Source: Bacillota bacterium | GTDB taxonomy: Bacteria > Bacillota > Clostridia > Oscillospirales > Ruminococcaceae | DNA: 46,677 nucleotides | Direction of reading: 5' to 3' | Assembly: GCA_029550985.1 (NCBI GenBank) | Contig: JAKPGH010000268.1 | Coordinates: forward strand, 1 to 46,677 | In this document: positions 38,482 through 46,677 of the stretch, in pieces | How positions within the stretch are numbered: position 1 is the stretch's first letter | How the letters are laid out: each line of letters starts with the position of its first letter | The notes under the pieces: generated by a model | Seen by the model: the letters and a program-made list of their open reading frames with translations, nothing else | Database searches by the model: none | Told to the model about the DNA's origin: nothing | Made by a program: the position numbers and the translations under genes

Positions 38482-39009
38482 ATGAACGTAATTCGCACAC
38501 TGACCAGCAATTCCATATTGAATATCGCCGTAGTGGCATGGGGTTCCGCTCAGGTTCTCAAGACCATCTTTACCTTGATTGTGACCGGGAGGCTCAATTT
38601 GGAGCGTCTGGTGGGCACGGGAGGAATGCCCAGTTCCCACTCGGCCATGACCTGTTCCCTGGCCATTGCCATTGCCCGCAAATTGGGGTATGCCGCGCCG
38701 GAATTTGCTCTGGCCGTTTGTTTTGCCGCCATTGTGATGTACGACGCCATGGGAGTGCGCCGGGCGGCGGGCGAGCAGGCAAAGGTGCTCAACAAGATGA
38801 TTTTTGAATTCCCTTTCTTTCACTTAAAGCCCCAGGCGGGAAATACTGCCACCTCCCAGGAAGCGGGAAACAATGCGATGTCGGCGGATGATGACAACAG
38901 CCTGCCCCTCATTGCCAAAGAGCTGAAGGAATTTTTAGGGCATACTCCTATGGAGGTGCTGGGCGGTTGCCTGCTGGGGATTCTGGTGGCCATGCTGATG
39001 CCGGTCTGA
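38482..39009 (+). CDS. Divergent PAP2 family (DUF212) membrane protein
   Basis: AQVLK, GGMPSSHSA, VMYDAMGVRR, LKE.LGHTP.EV. Confidence 0.92.
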   Translation: MNVIRTLTSNSILNIAVVAWGSAQVLKTIFTLIVTGRLNLERLVGTGGMPSSHSAMTCSLAIAIARKLGYAAPEFALAVCFAAIVMYDAMGVRRAAGEQAKVLNKMIFEFPFFHLKPQAGNTATSQEAGNNAMSADDDNSLPLIAKELKEFLGHTPMEVLGGCLLGILVAMLMPV

Positions 39010-39045
39010 TCCGTACGATTCCGTGCCATCATACAGATTGGGGAT

Positions 39046-40941
39046 ATGCAGTTGGGCAAGCGAGCCGTTCTGGATAAAATAAACTCCCCCCGCAGCCTGC
39101 GCTATTTAAGCGACGCTCAGTTAGAGCAGCTTTGCGCCGAACTGCGGGAGGAACTGATCGAGGGCGTCTCCGCCACCGGAGGGCATCTGGCCTCCAATTT
39201 AGGGGTGGTGGAGCTGACGGTGGCCCTTCATTTGGTGTTTCAGTCCCCCACCGACCAAATTGTGTGGGACGTAGGACACCAGTGCTATACCCATAAGCTG
39301 CTCACCGGCCGCAGGCACGGCCTGGAGCACCTGCGCCAAAAAGGCGGAATGGCGGGATTTCCCAAACCCAGCGAGAGCATCCACGATGCGTTTGTCGCGG
39401 GGCATGCCTCCACCTCCCTTTCGGTGGCGGACGGCCTTGCCAGGGGCAAGGAGCTGTTGGGGGAGGAAGGCTATGTCATTGCCGTCATCGGGGACGGTGC
39501 TCTCACCGGCGGTCTTGCCTACGAAGGGCTCAACAACCTGGCCCGCAAAAAAGACGGCAAAGTGATTGTGGTGCTCAACGACAACAAGATGAGCATCTCC
39601 AAAAACGTAGGGGGACTGACCAAGTACCTTTCCCGCCTGCGGACAACGGGCTCTTATTATAAGTTGAAAAACATTACCAAATCCGCTTTAAAATCGGTTC
39701 CCTATATGGGGGAAGGTATGGTGGAGATGGCGGGCGGCGTCCTCTCCCAAATGAAGGACGTGTTCTACCGCAGTGGATTTTTTGAGGATATGGGCTACAC
39801 CTACATGGGACCGGTGGACGGCCACGATTTGACCGCCCTGCGGGATGCCCTGGAGCAGGCAAAGACGCTGCAGCGCCCGGTGCTCCTCCACGTGGAGACC
39901 GTCAAGGGGAAAGGCTTTCCCCAGGCCGAAAGCAATCCCGGCGCCTACCACGGGGTCTCCAAGTTTGACCCCAAAGACCCCAATTCGCCTCTGCCCAGCT
40001 CCGACAGCTTTTCCGATGTGTTCGGCCGCCATCTCACCCGTCTGGCGGCACAGGACAACCGGATTTGCGCCGTCACCGCCGCCATGAAGTACGCCACCGG
40101 CCTCTATCATTTTTCCCGGCGGTTTCAAGGTCAGGGCCGCTTCTTCGACGTGGGCATCGCGGAAGCCCACGGCGTCACCTTCTGCGCCGGCCTTGCCTCC
40201 AAAGGACTTCTGCCGGTGTTTGCCGTCTACTCCTCCTTTTTGCAGCGGGGATATGACCAGTTAATTCACGATTGTTCCATCTACCCCCAGCATGTGGTGC
40301 TGGCCATCGACCGGGCCGGCCTGGTGGGGGAGGACGGGGAAACCCATCAGGGTGTCTTTGACTGCGCCTATCTATCCTCCATTCCCGGCACCAGCATCTA
40401 CGCCCCCGCCACCTACGGGGAGCTGCAGCTTTGCCTGGAGGAGGCTCTCTACCGCCAAAAGGGGCTCTGCGCGGTCCGCTATCCCAGAGGGGCGCAGCCT
40501 GTTTTGGAGCCGGCCTATCAGGCCGACTGCACCGATTTTCATCTTCTGGGGCCTCGGAAGGGCAAGACCCTGTTGGTGACCTACGGTCGCCTGTACGGGG
40601 AAGTATCCCAGGCCCACAAGGCTCTGACGCAGCAGGGGGAGGAAGTCTCCTTGCTGAAGCTGACCCGAATCTGGCCGTTGGAAACGCAGGCGCTGGAAAT
40701 TGCCGGGGGCTTTGACCGAGTGTTCTTCCTGGAGGAGGGAATTCGCTGGGGAGGCATTGGCGAGCACTTTGCTTTGGCGCTGATGGAGAGGGACTATGGC
40801 GGCAGAGTGTTCCTTCGGGCCATCGACAACCGGTTTGTCCCCCAGGGGACGGTGGAGGAGCAGCTGGAAATGGTGGGCCTTAACGCGGCCTCCATTGTCA
40901 AAATGGTAATTGAATCTGGTAAAAAAGGTGAATCCTTGTGA
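39046..40941 (+). CDS. dxs: 1-deoxy-D-xylulose-5-phosphate synthase
   Basis: GGHLASNLGVVELT, WDVGHQ, GDGALTGG, NDNKMSI, DVGIAE, DRAG..GEDG.THQG. Confidence 0.97.
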   Translation: MQLGKRAVLDKINSPRSLRYLSDAQLEQLCAELREELIEGVSATGGHLASNLGVVELTVALHLVFQSPTDQIVWDVGHQCYTHKLLTGRRHGLEHLRQKGGMAGFPKPSESIHDAFVAGHASTSLSVADGLARGKELLGEEGYVIAVIGDGALTGGLAYEGLNNLARKKDGKVIVVLNDNKMSISKNVGGLTKYLSRLRTTGSYYKLKNITKSALKSVPYMGEGMVEMAGGVLSQMKDVFYRSGFFEDMGYTYMGPVDGHDLTALRDALEQAKTLQRPVLLHVETVKGKGFPQAESNPGAYHGVSKFDPKDPNSPLPSSDSFSDVFGRHLTRLAAQDNRICAVTAAMKYATGLYHFSRRFQGQGRFFDVGIAEAHGVTFCAGLASKGLLPVFAVYSSFLQRGYDQLIHDCSIYPQHVVLAIDRAGLVGEDGETHQGVFDCAYLSSIPGTSIYAPATYGELQLCLEEALYRQKGLCAVRYPRGAQPVLEPAYQADCTDFHLLGPRKGKTLLVTYGRLYGEVSQAHKALTQQGEEVSLLKLTRIWPLETQALEIAGGFDRVFFLEEGIRWGGIGEHFALALMERDYGGRVFLRAIDNRFVPQGTVEEQLEMVGLNAASIVKMVIESGKKGESL

Positions 40942-41750
40942 AGGGTAAAATAAGGCTGGACGTCGCCTTGGTGGAGCAGGGCCACGTTTCGGGGCGGGAC
41001 AAAGCCAAGGCGCTGATTATGGCCGGCCAGGTATATGTCAACGGGGAAAAGATCACCAAGGCGGGGGAAGAAATTCCCGCCGACGCCGTGCTTGAGGTGA
41101 GGGGAGAACCCTTGCCCTATGTCAGCCGAGGAGGCCTTAAGCTGGAAAAGGCGGTCAAGAGCTTTTCTCTTTCCATTGCAAACAAAATCTGCGCGGATAT
41201 CGGGGCGTCCACCGGTGGGTTTACCGACTGCATGCTGCAAAACGGCGCGGCCCGGGTCTATGCGGTGGACGTGGGCTATGGCCAGCTGGACTGGCGGCTG
41301 CGCAGCGACCCGCGAGTGGTGGTGCTGGAGCGCACCAACGCCCGGTACCTGACCCGGGAACAAATACCGGAGCCGTTGGGGCTGGTGACCATCGATGCCA
41401 GCTTCATTTCCCTTACGTTGCTGCTCCCTGTTCTTCCGGCGCTGATGCAGGAGGAAGCGGACCTTGTCTGCCTCATCAAACCCCAGTTTGAAGCGGGGCG
41501 GGATAAGGTAGGGAAAAACGGTGTGGTTCGGGATAAGTCGGTGCATCAGGAGGTGATTCGAAAGGTTGCGGACTTTGGGTTGGAGCTGGGGCTTTCTCCT
41601 CAAGGGCTGGACTTTTCTCCCATCACCGGACCGAAGGGAAACATCGAATACCTGTTGCACCTGGTTTATGCGCCAGGGGGAGAGCGGCTTTCCGACCAGC
41701 TTATACGGGAAATGGTAGAGAAAGCCCATCTTACTTTGGCTCAGGGATGA
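40938..41750 (+). CDS. tlyA: TlyA family rRNA methyltransferase
   Basis: S4 domain, YVSRGGLKL, DIGASTGGFTD, IKPQFE, GPKGNIE. Confidence 0.95.
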   Translation: MKGKIRLDVALVEQGHVSGRDKAKALIMAGQVYVNGEKITKAGEEIPADAVLEVRGEPLPYVSRGGLKLEKAVKSFSLSIANKICADIGASTGGFTDCMLQNGAARVYAVDVGYGQLDWRLRSDPRVVVLERTNARYLTREQIPEPLGLVTIDASFISLTLLLPVLPALMQEEADLVCLIKPQFEAGRDKVGKNGVVRDKSVHQEVIRKVADFGLELGLSPQGLDFSPITGPKGNIEYLLHLVYAPGGERLSDQLIREMVEKAHLTLAQG

Positions 41751-41802
41751 GCTGACACCGCAACGTTTCTGAAATGCGGTTATTACTTGTTTGGGGGTAC
41801 CC

Positions 41803-42672
41803 ATGAAAATTCTGTTGCGTCCCAATCTGGACAAGCCGGGCAGTGCCGAATGTACCCGGCAAACCATCAAGAAACTCAGGGAATTCGGCATGATTCCCAT
41901 GTTGGATGAGGAGTTTGCCCAGTTGACAACCCCCGAGGACGGTTGTATTCTGGGCCGCTTTGCAGAGCTGTTAGAGGAGTGCGATTTAATCCTCACCATT
42001 GGGGGAGACGGCACCATCCTGCGTGCGGTACAGGCTTCTATCCATTCGGGAAAACCGCTGCTTGGCATCAACACAGGACGATTGGGATTTTTGACTCAGT
42101 TGGAAGTTGGCGAATTGGATCATCTGGTGCTTTTGCGGGAAGGCAACTACGGCCTTCTGCACCGGATGATGCTGGAAGTTGTTATTGTGCGGGGCGGCAG
42201 GGAGGAAAATCACTACTGTGCCCTTAACGATTTGGTGATTACCCGCGGGGATTCGGACCGGCTGGTGGAAATTGACATCAGCTGCCAGGGAAAGTCCATT
42301 GCGCGGCATCGGGCTGACGGCATTATCTTTTCCACCCCCACCGGCTCCACCGCCTACAATTTGGCGGCCGGGGGTTCCATTGTGGACCCATCCCTGCACC
42401 TGATTCAGATGACGGCGATTTGCAGTCATTCCCATTTCAGTCATTCCATTATTCTGTCTCCGGAGCAGGTATATAAGGTGCGGGAGCTGCCGGGAAACAA
42501 TCGGTTTGGTTTGCACGTGACGGTAGATGGAGAGCGGGTGGCACAGCTGATGCCGGACAGCCATGTTCTGGTGAAAAAATCACAGCAGACCGCTGCCTTC
42601 ATTGACTTGCGTCTTCGTGATTTTTTCAGCTGCGTGGACAAAAAGCTGACTCTGGGAGGCCGCCTGAACTGA
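41803..42672 (+). CDS. nadK: NAD kinase
   Basis: GGDGT, GINTGRLGFL, ALND, DG..STPTGSTAY.L.AGG. Confidence 0.95.
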   Translation: MKILLRPNLDKPGSAECTRQTIKKLREFGMIPMLDEEFAQLTTPEDGCILGRFAELLEECDLILTIGGDGTILRAVQASIHSGKPLLGINTGRLGFLTQLEVGELDHLVLLREGNYGLLHRMMLEVVIVRGGREENHYCALNDLVITRGDSDRLVEIDISCQGKSIARHRADGIIFSTPTGSTAYNLAAGGSIVDPSLHLIQMTAICSHSHFSHSIILSPEQVYKVRELPGNNRFGLHVTVDGERVAQLMPDSHVLVKKSQQTAAFIDLRLRDFFSCVDKKLTLGGRLN

Positions 42673-42733
42673 CGGTAAGCAATCTTTTCATTCAGCGAAC
42701 GTCTAACATGGAAAGGAATGGAGCACGACCAAC

Positions 42734-43189
42734 ATGAAAAGCAAACGCCACGCCAAAATCCTAGAACTTGTTTCTGAGTACGAAATCGATACGCAGGAAG
42801 AGCTTTTGCGCAGGCTCAACGAAAATGGGTTTAAGGTGACCCAGGCCACCGTTTCCCGGGATATCAAAGAATTGCGGTTGGTTAAGGTGCAGGCCGGCAC
42901 GGGCTACAAGTACGCCACCAGCGTCTCCAAGGAAAACATGGATATGTCCTTTAAATTCCATGCCATTTTCTCCGAATCGGTGCTGAGCATCGACTATGCC
43001 GAAAACATTGTGGTGATTAAGTGCTTTGTGGGTATGGCCAACGCCGCCTGTGCCGCTTTGGACAGTGTTCCATGGAAGAATCTGGTGGGAACCATCGCAG
43101 GAGACGACACCATCCTGTGCGTGATGCGGGACAAGCAGAGCGCCGTCAAGCTGTCCCAGCAGCTGACCAAGCTGCTCAACAACAAGTAG
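42734..43189 (+). CDS. argR: Arginine repressor
   Basis: TQEEL, TQATVSRDIKEL, GTIAGDDT. Confidence 0.97.
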   Translation: MKSKRHAKILELVSEYEIDTQEELLRRLNENGFKVTQATVSRDIKELRLVKVQAGTGYKYATSVSKENMDMSFKFHAIFSESVLSIDYAENIVVIKCFVGMANAACAALDSVPWKNLVGTIAGDDTILCVMRDKQSAVKLSQQLTKLLNNK

Positions 43190-43190
43190 T

Positions 43191-44879
43191 ATGCTGACCC
43201 GACTTTACATTCAAAACGTAGCGGTTATCCGCAAGGCCGAAATTCAGCTCAATCCGGGACTCAACGTCTTTACCGGCGAAACCGGCGCGGGCAAAACCAT
43301 CCTCATTTCCGCCATCGACGCGGTGTTGGGGGAGCGGGCTGCCCGGGACATGATTCGCACCGGGGAAGAAAAGGCAACGGTGTCGGCCTATTTTGAGAAC
43401 ATATCCCCCAGAGCCTTGGAAACCTTGCGGGAACTGGGCTACGACGAGGACGAAGGCGGCGTGCTCATCACCCGGGAGCTGACCGCTTCCGGCAAGAGCG
43501 TTTGCAAAATTAACGGCATGCCTGCCACCGCTTCCATTCTCAAGCAGATTTCCTCGTTGCTGATTCACATTCACGGTCAGCGGGACGGCACCCAGCTTCT
43601 TTCTCCCGAGCGCCATATCGAGATGATTGACTCCTACGGCCGCCTGGAACCGCTGCTGGCGGAGTACCGGGTCGCCTATCAGCGGTTGCGGGATTTGGAG
43701 GCGGAAATCCAGCGGCTGGCGATGGACGACCAGCAAAAGGCGCAGCGGATTGACCTGCTCACGTTCCAAATCAGGGAGATTGAAGCGGCGGAGCTGGACG
43801 ACCCCAACGAAGAAGACGAGCTGTTGGCCCGCAAAAAGCTGATCAGCTCCAGCGAAAAGGTGCTGGAGGCTTTGTCGGCAGCCTATTCCGCCCTCAAAGG
43901 AGACGAGGAGCGGGAGGGAATCGACGTCCTCTTTGACCAGCTGACGTCGGGAGTGGGGGTCGCAGAGGAGTACTTGCCCTCTCTGGCTCCCATGGCTGCC
44001 CGTCTGGAAGAAATGGGCTATGAGTTGGAGGAGTTTGCCGCCGAACTGCGGGATACGCTGGACAATTTTGAATTTGACCCGAAAGAACTGAGTGATATTG
44101 AGTATCGGCTGGATCAGCTGTACAAGCTCAAGCGCAAGTACGGCCCCAATATTCCGGCCATTTTGGAGTTTTGCCAAAAAGCCCGGGAAGAGCTGGAGCA
44201 AATCACCACCGGGGAGGAGCGTTTGGCCCGGCTCAATGCCCAGCGGGAAGAAGCGTTGAAGCAGGCTAAGAAATTGGCGGCGGAGCTGACGGCCCGGCGG
44301 CAGCAGGCTGCGGAGGAATTTATTCAACGGGTGGAGGAAGAGCTGGCCTTTTTGGATATGGGAGGGGTCCGGCTCTTTGCGCAGCGGGAAGAAAAACCCC
44401 TTTCCCCCGACGGGGCGGACAGCATTACCCTGTATGTGTCCACCAACGTAGGGGAGGAGGCAAAGCCCCTACATAAAATTGCCTCCGGGGGCGAAATCGC
44501 CCGGATGATGCTCTCCATGAAAAACGTGCTGGCCGACCGGGACGATATCGACACCCTGATTTTTGACGAGGTGGACACCGGCGTTTCCGGGCGGGCTGCT
44601 CAGAAAATCGGCCGAAAGCTGGCTCAGGTCTCCAAGGGGCGGCAGGTGATTTGCGTCACCCATCTGGCGCAGGTAGCCGCTTTTGCCGACAACCACCTGT
44701 TGATTCAAAAGCAGGTGGAAGACGGTCGCACCTACACTCGCGTCCGGGAGCTCAGTCAGGAGGAGCGGGTGGAGGATTTGTCCCGCATTATCAGCGGAGA
44801 CAATATTACCTCGACGGCTCTGGAAAACGCTCGGGAGCTGCTGGAGCATGCACAAAAGGTAAAGGCGGAGGAACTATAG
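43191..44879 (+). CDS. recN: DNA repair protein RecN
   Basis: TGETGAGKT, IHGQ, ASGGE..R.ML, FDEVDTGVSG, VTHL.QVA. Confidence 0.97.
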   Translation: MLTRLYIQNVAVIRKAEIQLNPGLNVFTGETGAGKTILISAIDAVLGERAARDMIRTGEEKATVSAYFENISPRALETLRELGYDEDEGGVLITRELTASGKSVCKINGMPATASILKQISSLLIHIHGQRDGTQLLSPERHIEMIDSYGRLEPLLAEYRVAYQRLRDLEAEIQRLAMDDQQKAQRIDLLTFQIREIEAAELDDPNEEDELLARKKLISSSEKVLEALSAAYSALKGDEEREGIDVLFDQLTSGVGVAEEYLPSLAPMAARLEEMGYELEEFAAELRDTLDNFEFDPKELSDIEYRLDQLYKLKRKYGPNIPAILEFCQKAREELEQITTGEERLARLNAQREEALKQAKKLAAELTARRQQAAEEFIQRVEEELAFLDMGGVRLFAQREEKPLSPDGADSITLYVSTNVGEEAKPLHKIASGGEIARMMLSMKNVLADRDDIDTLIFDEVDTGVSGRAAQKIGRKLAQVSKGRQVICVTHLAQVAAFADNHLLIQKQVEDGRTYTRVRELSQEERVEDLSRIISGDNITSTALENARELLEHAQKVKAEEL

Positions 44880-44915
44880 AGGTAGGAACGCTCCGAAAAT
44901 TTGCGGGACTTTTCA

Positions 44916-44944
44916 TTGACAGCTTGGGTGGTTCGTGATATAAT
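44916..44944 (+). promoter_or_regulatory. Sigma-A promoter of the tRNA pair
   Basis: TTGACA-17 nt-TATAAT with extended TG. Confidence 0.88.
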
Positions 44945-44966
44945 AGGAAACGTTCCGAGCGCCTAA

Positions 44967-45055
<89 letters not shown>

Positions 45056-45104
45056 CCGTGAAATAGGTGCCAACCAAATAGGTTTCATAGTAAGCCGGCA
45101 ACTT

Positions 45105-45195
45105 GGAGAAGTACTCAAGTTGGTGACGAGGCGCCCCTGCTAAGGGCGTAGGTCGGGCAACCGGCGCGCGGGTTCGAGTCCCGCCTTCTCCGCCA
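45105..45195 (+). tRNA. tRNA-Ser (anticodon GCT)
   Basis: GGAGAAG/CTTCTCC acceptor, CGCCC-CT GCT AA-GGGCG, long variable arm, GGTTCGAGTCC, GCCA end. Confidence 0.97.
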
Positions 45196-45229
45196 AAAAC
45201 CGCTTAAACATCACGTTTAAGCGGTTTTT
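45195..45229 (+). terminator. tRNA operon terminator
   Basis: AAAAACCGCTTAAAC-ATCAC-GTTTAAGCGGTTTTT. Confidence 0.85.
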
Positions 45230-45512
45230 CATTTTCCCCTGTAAACTTGTAAAAATGGGCCGAGATTATTTCTATTCCCAACCAACTTTACGATTTGGGG
45301 GCGTCATGAGGTTGACCGCAAGGAGCATGATAGGGATATCCCGGTCGGTGTGGAGTACTCCAATCGTGATACATTATCGCAAATACATATAATTTCAGAT
45401 AGGTTCACACAAGTTTATATTTATTTTGAAAGTAACTTTACAATTCATATTGATTTTAATTGTTAAAAAATGTACAATACCAAGGTACGTGTTTAAAAAG
45501 GAGATTCATATA

Positions 45513-46271
45513 ATGAAACTTAAGAACAAGGCAATTGTTGTAACTGGTGCTTCTTCCGGCATGGGAAAAGCGATTGTGGAACTGTTTGTAAAAGAAGGAG
45601 CCAACGTTATCGCTGTTGCAAGAAGAGCGGAAAGGCTCGCATCCCTGGCGGAGTCCCTCAAAGGAGAAGCCGGGAAATGCATTCCTTTTACCGGTGACGT
45701 GTCCAGACGCGAGGACTGTGAAGCGATGATTGACGAATGCGTCAAGCAATTCGGCAAGCTGGATGTCCTGGTAAATAATGCAGGCGTTATGGATAATATG
45801 GCCACCGTCGCCAACTGCACCGACGAAAAATATGAATACGTCATGGGTATCAACGTGTACGGTCCTCTGGCGGCAATGCGTAAGGCTGTCAATGTATTTT
45901 TGAAACAGGGCAACGGAGGAAATATCATTACGGTATCTTCCTTTGGCGCTTATCATCAGGCCGCAGGCGCCATATACGGCGCATCCAAGGCGGCCGTCAA
46001 TGCACTCGCACTGCACACGGCTTTTGCCTATGCCAAGGAGCACATCCGCAGCAATGTGATTGCCCCCGGCGGAATCAATACGGAAATTGGCGCTGCCATG
46101 GGACAACCTGATATGGATGGCTTTAATAGAATCAAGGGTGTCCACGCACTGATGCCGGCTACCGGTGAATCCATTGATATTGCAAAATGCGCTCTCTTCC
46201 TTGCCAGCGACGATTCTTCCTTTATCAGTGGACAAGTCATTGGTGTGGATGGCGGATGGGCCGCAATGTAA
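45513..46271 (+). CDS. Short-chain dehydrogenase/reductase (SDR)
   Basis: TGASSGMG, NNAG, YGASK, PG, VDGG; AAGGAG RBS. Confidence 0.93.
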   Translation: MKLKNKAIVVTGASSGMGKAIVELFVKEGANVIAVARRAERLASLAESLKGEAGKCIPFTGDVSRREDCEAMIDECVKQFGKLDVLVNNAGVMDNMATVANCTDEKYEYVMGINVYGPLAAMRKAVNVFLKQGNGGNIITVSSFGAYHQAAGAIYGASKAAVNALALHTAFAYAKEHIRSNVIAPGGINTEIGAAMGQPDMDGFNRIKGVHALMPATGESIDIAKCALFLASDDSSFISGQVIGVDGGWAAM

Positions 46272-46362
46272 TTGATTGAAGAATCATTACATATGAAAAG
46301 TCGTTGCCCGCACAAAAGAAACGTTCTTGTATTGCCTGTCCAACGATTGACAATAAACACAG

Positions 46363-46400
46363 AAAAGCAGTCCGCAGCATATTGGCTACGGACTGCTTTT
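46363..46400 (+). terminator. Terminator after the SDR gene
   Basis: AAAAGCAGTCCG...CGGACTGCTTTT. Confidence 0.75.
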
Positions 46401-46459
46401 ATCATTTGACGGGCGTTACGAGATGATGCATGATTCCATTTGAATAGCGGGCAAACATC

Positions 46460-46495
46460 AAAGAAGTCCTGCGGAAATTTCCGCAGGACTTCTTT
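46460..46495 (-). terminator. Terminator of the last (minus-strand) gene
   Basis: AAAGAAGTCCTGCGGAAATTTCCGCAGGACTTCTTT perfect palindrome. Confidence 0.8.
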
Positions 46496-46534
46496 CGTCA
46501 AGAGGTTATAGCGCTCACTAAAGCGAATGTGACA

Positions 46535-46675
46535 TTAATGCCAGCTCAAATACTCCTGTGCGTTCTCGATGGTGACGATGGTGCATCCGGTGTCCACTTC
46601 CGCCTCGGGCTGAACGCCGTTGACAATCAGTTCATAAGCCGCCTGTACGCCCATCTGCGCCATTCGGCCGGGAGC
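46535..46675 (-). CDS. C-terminus of a sugar ABC substrate-binding protein (RbsB-like), partial
   Basis: Hand translation APGRMAQMGVQAAYELIVNGVQPEAEVDTGCTIVTIENAQEYLSWH*; P..M...GV.AA and DTG...VT..N fit periplasmic sugar-binding proteins. Confidence 0.65.
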   Translation of the reverse strand, partial: APGRMAQMGVQAAYELIVNGVQPEAEVDTGCTIVTIENAQEYLSWH

Positions 46676-46677
46676 TT

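Overview
Chromosomal segment of a spore-forming clostridial (Bacillota, Oscillospiraceae/Ruminococcaceae-like, inferred from gene content) genome. The main discovery is a sporulation/germination gene split by an excisable element. The cortex-lytic hydrolase gene cwlJ (minus strand) is broken into a 20-codon 5' part (17282-17223, with promoter, RBS and the putative catalytic Glu) and a 125-codon 3' part (6801-6424). The two halves are separated by a 10,421-bp element bounded by a 5-bp direct repeat (TTCAC at 6802-6806 and 17223-17227). The element ends in a large serine recombinase preceded by a small candidate directionality-factor gene. Recombination at the repeat would restore an in-frame 145-aa CwlJ and reconnect its promoter to a downstream gerQ-like gene, i.e. 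a skin-like developmental DNA rearrangement. The element has no phage or conjugation genes; it carries a GNAT, a B12-riboswitch-controlled cbiB-cobD-cbiP operon, a radical SAM gene and a feoA-feoB fusion. The rest of the window holds two cell-wall hydrolase genes, an ADP-ribosylglycohydrolase/ABC/PHP/two-component locus whose response regulator has a nonsense codon, a second feoAB with a DtxR-family regulator, the spoIIIAA-AH operon (spoIIIAB frameshifted), the nusB-xseAB-dxs-tlyA-nadK-argR-recN block, two tRNA-Ser genes, an SDR gene and a partial sugar-binding protein gene. All calls are from reading the sequence; no database searches were run.
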